NCBI GenBank assembly: GCA_017996395.1
Contig: JAGOHA010000007.1
Coordinates: forward strand, 1-58,902
From: Acidobacteriota bacterium
GTDB taxonomy: Bacteria > Acidobacteriota > JAAYUB01
DNA length: 58,902 nucleotides
Direction: 5' to 3'
Part shown: in pieces, positions 10,285 to 18,683 of the stretch
How the letters are laid out: each line of letters opens with the position of its first letter
Position numbering within the stretch: position 1 is the first letter of the stretch
Notes under the pieces: generated by a model
The model's input: the letters and a program-made list of their open reading frames with translations, nothing else
Databases searched by the model: none
What the model was told of the DNA's origin: nothing
Made by a program: the position numbers and the translations under genes

Positions 10285-11022
10285 CTAAAACACGCTGCTG
10301 AAATAATTGAAAATCAGGTTGTTCAGCAGCTTGTTGTACAGGATGTACAGGGCGATGAAGATGACCACCGGCGCTGCGCACAGCAGCGTGTAGCACGCAA
10401 GCGCCAGTGGAAAACGATTTTTCTTCCGCTTGGGCGGCGCGGCCGGCCGCGCTTCGGGAAAGAGCTGGTCGGGCAGCGGCAGGTTCTCGGTGTCCGCCAC
10501 CAGGCGCAGGTTTTCGCGGCGGATGTCCGCCAGCCGAGTTTGATCGGCAGGCAGAAAATAGCGTCCCTTGAAACCGAGCGCCAGGCAGTAGTCATAGACC
10601 TCGCGCACGTCCCGCGAATCGGGCGGCAGCCGGTCCAGTTGGTCGAAGAAACCTTCGCCCGCCAGGGTGGTTTGGAACAGGGCGCGTTGCAGTTGGGCCA
10701 GCTGCCACTTGTCCCGTTCGGGCCAGTCGGAGCAGAGCACGATTTCATCCACCCAGGCGCAGACCGCGTAAAGTCCGGCCTGCCACGGCGCATCCGGCAC
10801 ACCCGCGGCCTGGCGGGACTGCTCCGCGCGGTCGATCAACCGGCGGAACTGGCGGTCCAGTTCGGCCTGAGTCGCCGGCCGCGTTTCCGGAGACCGCGCG
10901 AAGTAGAGGGTGTAGGCGAACAGCTCGAGGAAATGCTCCACCAGACCGGCTTCGGCCGGGGCGGCCGCCGGCGAAGGGGTCAGATCGGTCTTGAGATCCA
11001 GACGGTTGATGGTCTGCTTCAT
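10285..11022 (-). CDS. tssL: T6SS membrane-complex protein TssL (DotU family)
   Basis: 245 aa. DotU-like cytoplasmic domain (AVCAWVDEIVL..) plus a single C-terminal TM helix (LCAAPVVIFIALYILY). Confidence 0.88.
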   Translation of the reverse strand: MKQTINRLDLKTDLTPSPAAAPAEAGLVEHFLELFAYTLYFARSPETRPATQAELDRQFRRLIDRAEQSRQAAGVPDAPWQAGLYAVCAWVDEIVLCSDWPERDKWQLAQLQRALFQTTLAGEGFFDQLDRLPPDSRDVREVYDYCLALGFKGRYFLPADQTRLADIRRENLRLVADTENLPLPDQLFPEARPAAPPKRKKNRFPLALACYTLLCAAPVVIFIALYILYNKLLNNLIFNYFSSVF

Positions 11023-11026
11023 ACAC

Positions 11027-12415
11027 CTATTTGCGCACGACGATCAGCTCCGCTTTGGTGTCAGCGGGCGCATTGTCCCAGTATAGGCAGAAATTCTGCC
11101 GTTTCATGATCTCCAGCCAGTGACCGTGGGCCTGGTCCAGCCGGAAGTAGAGCGAGCCCGGGCGCTTCGGCAAACCCGGAGGCGGCACCTCGTTGTACTG
11201 CATCGGCAGGCCGGGCAGCGCCCGGGCCAGCAGCGTCGGCAGCATCTCGATGCTGCCGGACTTGGCCAGGTTGCGCAACGCGTCGAGCGACCGCTGCCGG
11301 TCCTCGGCGGTCCGCACCACGAGGTAGAACACGTTCCGGCTGTCGAACAGAGTGGCGGGGATGATGCCGCGGAACCATTCGCCCTCGCGGACCAGGTCGA
11401 TGATGCCCTCCGGCCCCACCAGGATGGCGTTGAGCAGTTCTTCGATCAGCGTCTGCGCCTCCTCGAAGCAGGGGCCGGGATTTTCGTGGTCGTAATCCGG
11501 CAGGAGGGGCCGGCCGTCGGGGAGCCGGCCCAGAGCGTTGACCCGATCGGAGAACGTGCTCAGCTCGCCCACGAGCTGCCGGAGCAGTCCGTAGAACGCC
11601 CACGGATGCACGACAGGTGTCTCCGTGACGTGATGGAGCGGCGGCAGGTAACGGTTCAGGGAGCGGAGCGCGAGCAGGAAAACCGTGTAGCCGCTTTCAA
11701 ATTCGGCCGTCTGGACATCCCGCGGCACCTTGTACTCCTCCAGGCTCCGCGTGCGCGACGCCACCAGTTCCCGGATGTTCTTGGCGATCTGCAGCAGCAC
11801 CGGCGAGGCGTTGAGCACCACCGAGGGCGGCGCGAAACGTTCCGACAGGTGCACGCCGCTCCGGTCGCTCTCCAGCTCCGCCACGGGCAGGAGGTGGTAA
11901 TCGCCGACACTGGGGATCTCCGATTCCCAGAACACCTTGAGGGTGTACTGCATCAGCCGCACATGGGCGGTGGGGCCGCTGTGGTGCATGTCCTTGATCT
12001 CTTGGGGGACGATGTTGCAGGCGAGGCGGGTGTTGACTTTGCCGACATCCCCCTCCTGCTCGAGCACCGTGACGTTTTCCTCTGAGGATTCCCACTTGTG
12101 CAACCCCAGGTAAACCTTGAACGGCCGCTCGGTGTCGGTCCAGGCCGCCTTGAAGGAGCGCGCCTGGAGCACGCCGTTGCCCGGCAACGTCACCCAGGTC
12201 CCGTCCTGAAAGATGAACGAGCCTTCGGTCAGATCGAAGGTCTGGTTCAGCAGCAGGGGCTCGTCCACGCGCCATGAGGCGGCGCCCCAGGTGTACGGCT
12301 GGACGAATTGCCGAAACGGATCCAGGAGGGAATGGAAATAGAGTTCCTGCAACTGGAAATGGTGCGGCTGAAGAAAGAGTCCCTGATGCCAGAAGATGGG
12401 TTTGTTCGCTTGCAT
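11027..12415 (-). CDS. tssK: T6SS baseplate protein TssK (ImpJ/VasE)
   Basis: 462 aa, starting MQANKPIFWHQGLFLQPHHFQ, the hallmark TssK N-terminus. Confidence 0.93.
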   Translation of the reverse strand: MQANKPIFWHQGLFLQPHHFQLQELYFHSLLDPFRQFVQPYTWGAASWRVDEPLLLNQTFDLTEGSFIFQDGTWVTLPGNGVLQARSFKAAWTDTERPFKVYLGLHKWESSEENVTVLEQEGDVGKVNTRLACNIVPQEIKDMHHSGPTAHVRLMQYTLKVFWESEIPSVGDYHLLPVAELESDRSGVHLSERFAPPSVVLNASPVLLQIAKNIRELVASRTRSLEEYKVPRDVQTAEFESGYTVFLLALRSLNRYLPPLHHVTETPVVHPWAFYGLLRQLVGELSTFSDRVNALGRLPDGRPLLPDYDHENPGPCFEEAQTLIEELLNAILVGPEGIIDLVREGEWFRGIIPATLFDSRNVFYLVVRTAEDRQRSLDALRNLAKSGSIEMLPTLLARALPGLPMQYNEVPPPGLPKRPGSLYFRLDQAHGHWLEIMKRQNFCLYWDNAPADTKAELIVVRK

Positions 12416-12419
12416 GGGC

Positions 12420-12989
12420 TCACTCCAACTCGTCGTATGGGTCGATTTCCTGCGGTGCCCGCGGACCCAAAAACAGGTGAACGCTGAGATGGTCCACCCG
12501 CGCCGAGGTTTTCTTGAAAATCTTCCCGTGATGTTCGATCAGGACCGGAATGCTCAGCAACCGGGTGACCACGCCGGGAGTCAGCTGGTAATATCCGGCC
12601 ACCACACCCACCCATTGGGCGCTCTTCGCCCGAGCCAGGGTGAGCGTATTCCGTTCGCCGGGTTGAACAAAGAACCGGTTCGCCGCCGCGACGGTTGCGT
12701 CATAGGGCTGGGCCTGCAGCAGTTTCTGCAGGCCTTCGGCAGACTGGGCCAAATTGTTGAAGCTGTTGATATCCGTTAATTGATAGATCGCCAGCACGGT
12801 GGCGTGAGCGTTGCCGTCGTAGGCGTTGAGCATCGGGTCGGCGATGTAGGTGATCTGAATGGCTTTGGGTTCAAACCGCCAGTCGGGCGCCGGTGGCGGC
12901 GCAGCATTTTTTTTACAAGCGCACACGCACACCGCCAGCAGCAGACCCAGTCCGACGAGTCTTTGGTGGACAACGACGCGAGCGATCAC
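12420..12989 (-). CDS. tssJ: T6SS outer-membrane lipoprotein TssJ (SciN-like)
   Basis: 189 aa. The signal peptide ends in a Cys cluster (LLLAVCVCACKK). It is the first gene of the cluster. GTG start preceded by AAGGA. Confidence 0.8.
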   Translation of the reverse strand: MIARVVVHQRLVGLGLLLAVCVCACKKNAAPPPAPDWRFEPKAIQITYIADPMLNAYDGNAHATVLAIYQLTDINSFNNLAQSAEGLQKLLQAQPYDATVAAANRFFVQPGERNTLTLARAKSAQWVGVVAGYYQLTPGVVTRLLSIPVLIEHHGKIFKKTSARVDHLSVHLFLGPRAPQEIDPYDELE

Positions 12990-13006
12990 TTGATATCCTT
13001 GAGTTA

Positions 13007-13035
13007 AATATATATACGGATTAACTTTAAATCAA
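13007..13035 (-). promoter_or_regulatory. Candidate sigma70-type promoter in the AT-rich spacer upstream of tssJ
   Basis: The minus strand reads TTGATT-N17-TATATT (plus-strand aatcaa at 13030-13035, aatata at 13007-13012). It sits in a 72-bp very AT-rich spacer between the SYLF gene stop and the tssJ start. The predicted leader is very short, which is a caveat. Confidence 0.35.
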
Positions 13036-13061
13036 CACACTATATTCTGCAATAATATTTT

Positions 13062-13889
13062 CTAATCGATCAAGGGCTTGAATTTGAACTCCGTGGCGGG
13101 CACGAGGAGGATCCGCTCCTGGGTGTAACCCCGCAACAGCCGGAGCAGTGGCTTGACTTCGTCCGGGTAAGGCAGCATCCGGTCGAACAGGAATTGATAG
13201 TCCGAAATGATCTGGCCCCGCTCGTACAGGCGGCGGTAAAATGACCGATTGGCGTCTTCGTCGAGGCTCAGGGCCGAACCTTTGAGAGAGACGCCGGCAA
13301 AGAGCCCCTTGCTCAGGCAATACGCGAGCACTTCGGACCTCAGGCGAAAGTCAGTGCCCGCCTCGGCGTATCGTCCCAGCGGCCCGACGGCCAGGCCGGC
13401 ATCCACCCCCAACGTGAATTTGTTATGCAGGATCGCCTCCAGTCCCTGGCGTCGGTTGATGACCAGAACAAGGTCCACGAACTGTCCGCCGGCCTGGAAG
13501 CCGATGTCGCCGCCACGGAGCTGGACGAAACACGGATTGCTCCAGCGCCCGTCGGGCGAGTGATGGACGAGCACGCCCCGCCCGTAGTTCCCGCCCACGA
13601 AGAACGCCGCCTTGGTCATGCGGGGGATGATGACCAGCCCCTCGCAATGGTCCAGCAGCCCGGTGGGGATGCCGCTTTCTTTGATGGCGACAACATGCTG
13701 CATGACCCGGGTGGCTTGCTGCACCCGGTTGACGATTTTGGGCCGCTCCACCGCCGCTCCGACGACCGCTGTTTCTACCCACACCAGCAGGAGCGCGCCC
13801 AGCCAGCGACAAACGCGGATCACCATGCGGTTCGGAGACAATGGACCTGTCATTGGGGACATTATAGCCGTGGATATCGATGCAGGCAA
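13062..13889 (-). CDS. SYLF / Ysc84-like (DUF500) lipid-binding domain protein, probably secreted
   Basis: 275-aa ORF. The core sequence IPTGLLDHCEGLVIIPRMTKAAFFVGGNYGRGVLVHHSPDGRWSNPCFVQLRGGDIGFQAGGQ...GVDAGLAVGPLGR...KGLFAGVSLKGSAL matches the SYLF fold family. The start is uncertain, because in-frame Met codons also occur at 13862, 13853 and 13826. Confidence 0.75.
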   Translation of the reverse strand: MPASISTAIMSPMTGPLSPNRMVIRVCRWLGALLLVWVETAVVGAAVERPKIVNRVQQATRVMQHVVAIKESGIPTGLLDHCEGLVIIPRMTKAAFFVGGNYGRGVLVHHSPDGRWSNPCFVQLRGGDIGFQAGGQFVDLVLVINRRQGLEAILHNKFTLGVDAGLAVGPLGRYAEAGTDFRLRSEVLAYCLSKGLFAGVSLKGSALSLDEDANRSFYRRLYERGQIISDYQFLFDRMLPYPDEVKPLLRLLRGYTQERILLVPATEFKFKPLID

Positions 13890-14012
13890 TCGTTACGGGA
13901 AGGCATGAGCCGCCAGCAGGGTCCGCATGGCTGCGGGTTATCAAGCAAGCCGCCGGACGGGGGCGTTATCCGGTAAATCCTGAGGCCGGCATTTCGATGA
14001 AATGCGGTGCAG

Positions 14013-14996
14013 TCAGACGGAATCCGCCAGACGGCCGATCACCATCAGGCTGACGTCGTCGGTCTTGGGTGCTCCGGCGCGGAAAACCAGCCAGTCCCGG
14101 CGGCAGGTCTCCAGCCATTTGGCTGGTGGCAGCGGGTCGAGCGATGCGGCCAGTCGGCTGAGACGGTCGAGGCCGTATTCGTGACCGTCGGCGTTGCGGG
14201 CTTCCACCAGTCCGTCGGAACACAGCAGCAGCGCATCGCCGGATCGGAGGTCCAGCCGATGTTCCGTGAACTGCTCGTCGCAGAACACGCCCAGCGGCAG
14301 ACCGGTGGCCGGAAGCGACGTCACCGTGCCGTCCCGGAGGAGCAACGGCGGCACCTGGCCGGCGTTGCACAAGGTGACGGAGCCGTCGGTGTGGGCGCGT
14401 CCGCTGACCAGGGTGGCGAAATGGGTGGGCAGGGTGTGCTCGCAGAGGGACCGGCTGGCTCGCTCCACAAGGTGCGGCAGCGGCAGCCCCATGGTGACCA
14501 GGGTCCGGAGGGTCGCGTGCAGGTGGGCCACCAGAATGGATGCGGCGATGCCCTTGCCGGCGACATCTCCGAGAAAGAAATAGAATCCGCCATCGCCGGC
14601 CGGCACCAAGTCGCAGAAGTCGCCGCTCACCGGACCGAATCCCTCGTAGTGATAGGTGGCGAACCAGCCCGGAAGCGTCAGCTCCGGGGGCGGCAGCAAC
14701 GCGCCCTGGATGCGGCCGGCCAGCTCGATGTCTTCCTGCAGGGCGCGCTGTTGGCGGGGGGTCAGGTGGTCCAGGCAGAATTCGATCAGGGGATCGGCGA
14801 GGAGCCGTTCCGGCTCGATGGGTTCGTGGCATTCCCGGCACAGGCCGAAGGTGCCGGCTTCGATCCGTTCGAGCGCCGCGTCCACCTGGCCGATCAGGCG
14901 TTCCACCTGATCGGGCTCTCCGGCCCGGACGGCCTCCAGCCGCCGCCGGCGCTGCAGTAACTGGTCACGTGCGTGACTGTTGAGCGTTTCATCCAT
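14013..14996 (-). CDS. DksA/TraR-type zinc-finger fused to PP2C-family (SpoIIE/RsbU-like) serine phosphatase
   Basis: N-terminal coiled coil, then CRECHEPIEPERLLADPLIEFCLDH (C-x2-C-x17-C-x2-H, DksA spacing). The SpoIIE motifs follow: AGRIQGALLP, VSGDFCD, FLGDVAGKGIAAS. ATG 14996 was preferred over GTG 15008 because GGAGG lies 5 nt upstream of it. Confidence 0.8.
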   Translation of the reverse strand: MDETLNSHARDQLLQRRRRLEAVRAGEPDQVERLIGQVDAALERIEAGTFGLCRECHEPIEPERLLADPLIEFCLDHLTPRQQRALQEDIELAGRIQGALLPPPELTLPGWFATYHYEGFGPVSGDFCDLVPAGDGGFYFFLGDVAGKGIAASILVAHLHATLRTLVTMGLPLPHLVERASRSLCEHTLPTHFATLVSGRAHTDGSVTLCNAGQVPPLLLRDGTVTSLPATGLPLGVFCDEQFTEHRLDLRSGDALLLCSDGLVEARNADGHEYGLDRLSRLAASLDPLPPAKWLETCRRDWLVFRAGAPKTDDVSLMVIGRLADSV

Positions 14997-15026
14997 GGAA
15001 ACCTCCACAGCCGGAGGTGTGCCTGA

Positions 15027-16379
15027 CTATGGCTTCTTGGATGTGGATCGCCACGCCGCCGGTTCAAATTTCAAACTTTGCCAGGCGGCGTCATCGACGC
15101 GCATCGCATACGCGTATTCGCTGTTCCGGGCGTTCCGCTGCCCGTTGGCCGCGGATCCGAACAGGAGCGTGATGCCGGCCTTGCTTTCCACGTCGAGGAT
15201 GACGCGCGCGGCGGGCGGATTGAATCCCGACCGGGCGGCATCGGGCGTGTCCACGAACGCCGCCACTTTCAGGTCGCGCAGACGGCCGAGGAACTCGTCC
15301 ACCGGGGCGGTGTCAAGGGACACGGCCCCCTCCTTGCGCTTCCAGGTCCACTGGCCTGCCTGGTTCTTGGCCAGCACGGTTTTGACGCCGCCCGCATCCC
15401 AGGTGACGCCCTTCACCTCAAACGGGTAGAAACGCGCCAGATCGTGACTGCGCAGTTTGTCCAGCGGCGCGTCGAGGGCGGCGACGGCGGATTGGGGCAA
15501 CGTGAAATAGTCGGTCCGCACAACGTTCAGAGCCAGCACCTGGCCGGGGTTGGCCGGGAAAGGATCCGTCGCGCCGATCTCCAACACCTGCTGCTCGCCT
15601 TTGTCCAGGGTGACGGCCACGCGGTAACGGACCGGGCCAAAGGCCTTTTTCAACAGAGCCGGATCGGCGCCGTCCAGATGGTCCTGCACGCGCAGCTCGC
15701 TGCACTGGCGCAGGATGGTCTCCAACTCGTTGTCGTCGGCGGGACCGGCGACGGGCGTCTCGAGGAACCAGTTCCAGTCCTTCTTGCGGAGCTGGACGGC
15801 CCCGGCCGGCCGGTCCAGATGGAGGGCCGTAGCGGCATACATGTCGAACTTCATGGCGGCGGCTTCGCGCAGGCGGTCGAGACCGGCGGTGAACTTGTCG
15901 CGGGAGTAGCCCGACACCAGATAGATCTTCGGATCATTGCCGCGGCGGGCGAAGTACGATCCGCCGGAGAAATTGGGCGCCCCCAGCTCCAGCTTGTGCA
16001 CCTCGCCCTTGTCCAGCTCGAACGTGACCACCAGCTCGGGGTTGCCGAGCCCGTACTGGCCGGGGTTTTGAGGCTGTTCTTCCACCACCCGCTCGTAGTC
16101 GAAGGCGGAAAGCGCCAGCGCCAGCCCGTTCCACTCATCCTTGTTGCCCTCGGCCCGAACCGGCTGTTCGATGGTCCACTGCTTGTCCCCGCGCACGGCG
16201 GCCACGGTGGCGCCGTCCCGGACCAGGGCAATCCGGCGGATCTTGCCCTCCTCCACCTTGAAGAGCTGTTTGCTCTCACCGGCCCCGTCGGACTTGCCGC
16301 CGTTCTTGTCGAGCAGCAGGACGACGGCCAGGAGCAGGGCGCAGAGGACGATCAGGACGAGCGTGCCCTTGAACTTCAT
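15027..16379 (-). CDS. DUF4340-type protein (GldG-associated)
   Basis: 450 aa with an N-terminal TM anchor. Its start overlaps the GldG-like stop (ATGA). This is the usual fourth gene of GldA/F/G-like ABC operons. Confidence 0.65.
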   Translation of the reverse strand: MKFKGTLVLIVLCALLLAVVLLLDKNGGKSDGAGESKQLFKVEEGKIRRIALVRDGATVAAVRGDKQWTIEQPVRAEGNKDEWNGLALALSAFDYERVVEEQPQNPGQYGLGNPELVVTFELDKGEVHKLELGAPNFSGGSYFARRGNDPKIYLVSGYSRDKFTAGLDRLREAAAMKFDMYAATALHLDRPAGAVQLRKKDWNWFLETPVAGPADDNELETILRQCSELRVQDHLDGADPALLKKAFGPVRYRVAVTLDKGEQQVLEIGATDPFPANPGQVLALNVVRTDYFTLPQSAVAALDAPLDKLRSHDLARFYPFEVKGVTWDAGGVKTVLAKNQAGQWTWKRKEGAVSLDTAPVDEFLGRLRDLKVAAFVDTPDAARSGFNPPAARVILDVESKAGITLLFGSAANGQRNARNSEYAYAMRVDDAAWQSLKFEPAAWRSTSKKP

Positions 16380-17923
16380 CGCTTCCTTCTCCGGATGACC
16401 CGCACCACGACGCCGATCACCAGGGGGATCAGCGGCAGCAGCACCACGGAGAAATAGAACATCAGCTTCTCGTGCGCCGCGGTGAGCATCACCCGCTTGT
16501 CCGCAGGATTTTTGGGGCGGATCGAGATGAGGTTCTCGTCCACCGCCAGCCAGTTGACGCAGTTCAGGAAGATGTCGCCATTGTATTGCGCGCCGAAGTA
16601 GGCGTTGGCGGCGAACTCGGAATCACCGATGACCACCAGCCGCGACACCGTTTTCGCGGCATCCGGCCCGTCGCCGGACTTGAATTCCCGCTCTGCGGCC
16701 AGCCCGATGGTCACCGGACCGCGGGTGTCCTGCCCTTCGTTGAATTCCGCCTGGCCGGTCTTGTCCAGCGCTGAAAAATCGGTTTCCGCCCAGCTTTCCG
16801 GATCGGTCTCGAGCAGCCGTTGAATGGTGACACCGGCCGGCGCGGGCGCGATCTCCTCCAGGGAGCGGACGAGGGGGAACACGGACATCCCGCTCATGCC
16901 CCGGGTGATGGCGTGGTCCGGGTAGCGCGTCACCAGCGGAATGCCCGGGCTTGAGCCGAGCAGGCGGTTGATGTTGCTCGTGTCCAGCACGAGGTCGTTG
17001 CGCGGCCGGATGCCCCATTCCGCCACCAGCGGGTCCAGAGTCGCCGCCATGGGGTCGGTGAGCACCAGCAGGGCTCCGCCCTTGCGGGTGTAGTCCCGGA
17101 TCCAGTCAAGCTCCTGCGGGAACGGTTCTTTCTGGGCGCCGGCGACGACGAGCACGGTGCAGTCGGCGGGCACGCCCTGTTTCTGCACCAGGTTGACGGC
17201 GGCGATTTCGTAACCGTCCTTCTTGAGCGCTTCGGTCAGGATGGTGTAGCCGCGCTCCTGGGTGTCGGTGATGGATTTTTCCCCGTGCCCCTCGACGAAA
17301 TAGATCTTTCGGGTGCGGTTCTGGGTGAGTTTCAGGATGGCCGAGGTCACCTTGGCCTCGTCGGCGGCTTCCACAAGCTCAAACCGGTCGCCGCTCTCCA
17401 GCACGATGGTGTTGTAGCTGCGGACGCCGTACTTCTGAGCCTTGTCCAGGTTGCGATCGGGATCGAGCACCTGCCACCGCAGCTTGTCCGTGGCCGACTG
17501 GTACTCCTTCAGGAGATCGCTGACCGGTTCCGAGGCCCGGTCGGCGAACACGTAGGCCTGGATCGGTGCCTTCAGACCGCCGACGATCTTGCGGGTCTGG
17601 TCGGAGAGCGAGTACAGCTTGTCGGGCGTCGTGTCCAACCGCTGGTTGTGCCGGACCACCAGCACGTTGATCAGGCCGAGCACCACCAGCAGAACGGCCA
17701 CCGAGATGAGGAAATTGCCGCCATGCAGCGCCTTCCGGGTGCGGAGGGCGTGCACGAGCTCCGCCTGGTTCAGCACCGCCCCGGCCAGCAGCAGGACGCC
17801 GCCGGCGATGAGCACGTAGAGGTGGAAGGGGAACCATTCGCCCACCACGCTGTAGTGAACGGGCGCCGCCACCAGGAGTGCCAGGCCAACCCAGGGGCAG
17901 GTTCGTTTCAGGTAGTCCAGCAT
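16376..17923 (-). CDS. GldG-like ABC-transport auxiliary component
   Basis: 515 aa with N- and C-terminal TM segments and a large ABC_transp_aux-like central region. It follows the ABC-2 permease. Confidence 0.75.
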   Translation of the reverse strand: MLDYLKRTCPWVGLALLVAAPVHYSVVGEWFPFHLYVLIAGGVLLLAGAVLNQAELVHALRTRKALHGGNFLISVAVLLVVLGLINVLVVRHNQRLDTTPDKLYSLSDQTRKIVGGLKAPIQAYVFADRASEPVSDLLKEYQSATDKLRWQVLDPDRNLDKAQKYGVRSYNTIVLESGDRFELVEAADEAKVTSAILKLTQNRTRKIYFVEGHGEKSITDTQERGYTILTEALKKDGYEIAAVNLVQKQGVPADCTVLVVAGAQKEPFPQELDWIRDYTRKGGALLVLTDPMAATLDPLVAEWGIRPRNDLVLDTSNINRLLGSSPGIPLVTRYPDHAITRGMSGMSVFPLVRSLEEIAPAPAGVTIQRLLETDPESWAETDFSALDKTGQAEFNEGQDTRGPVTIGLAAEREFKSGDGPDAAKTVSRLVVIGDSEFAANAYFGAQYNGDIFLNCVNWLAVDENLISIRPKNPADKRVMLTAAHEKLMFYFSVVLLPLIPLVIGVVVRVIRRRKR

Positions 17924-17924
17924 C

Positions 17925-18683
17925 TCAACCCCTCCACCGCAGAGATTCCAGTGACCGGTACGTCAGAAAGATCCCGAGGACGGTCACGCTGAGGAAGTAC
18001 ACTCCGTGGGCCAGGTCCAGCACGCCTTTCTGAAAATCTTCGAGATGGCGCAAAGGCGACAGGTAGGCCAGCACGCCCTGGACGCCCTCGGTGCCCGTCT
18101 GGGTGAACACGTTCATGAACCAGAGCAGCAGCACCAACACGAAGGTCAGGATGGCCGCGATGATCTGATTCTCGGTGAGCGACGACAGGAAGTTGCCGAG
18201 GCTCAGCACCGCCGCCAGGAACAGAACCAGGCCCAGGTACCCCACCAGCAGGGGGACCGGATCGGGCGGCTCGCTCAGAAACAGCGGCAGCATCACCAGG
18301 GCGGACCCGGCGAAGAGGATCAGGCCGAAGGCGAGGTTGGCCAGGAATTTGCCCAGGATGATCTGCAGGTTGGTGAGCGGCGAGGTGAAGAGCAACTCGT
18401 ACGTCCCCTTCTTCTTCTCCTCGGCGTACACGCCCATGGTGATGAGCGGCACGAGGAACAGCAGCACCGTGCTGAGCCAGCCGAAGTAGTAGCGAACCAC
18501 CATCTGGGGAACGTTCACCGGCTGATAGCCCATGCCCACTGCGGTCTCGCGGGCGAGGTCGGAGAAGATCAGGTAGAAGACGAAACCCGAGATGAGCAGG
18601 AACAGGGTCAGCGTGACGTAGGCGATGGGCGAGAAAAAGTAACTTTTCAGTTCTTTGACGAACATGTGGATGGTGTTTTTCAT
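17925..18683 (-). CDS. ABC-2 type permease (GldF-like)
   Basis: ORF 17925-18812 was trimmed to ATG 18683 (MKNTIHMFVKELKSYFFSPIAY...). The protein is multi-TM. Its start overlaps the ATPase stop (ATGA). Confidence 0.8.
   Translation of the reverse strand: MKNTIHMFVKELKSYFFSPIAYVTLTLFLLISGFVFYLIFSDLARETAVGMGYQPVNVPQMVVRYYFGWLSTVLLFLVPLITMGVYAEEKKKGTYELLFTSPLTNLQIILGKFLANLAFGLILFAGSALVMLPLFLSEPPDPVPLLVGYLGLVLFLAAVLSLGNFLSSLTENQIIAAILTFVLVLLLWFMNVFTQTGTEGVQGVLAYLSPLRHLEDFQKGVLDLAHGVYFLSVTVLGIFLTYRSLESLRWRG

Noticed and set aside
1-12989. Claim that this T6SS lacks ClpV, VgrG and PAAR
   Set aside because: The cluster is cut by the window edge at tssG. The missing genes commonly follow tssG or lie elsewhere, so their absence cannot be asserted from this window.
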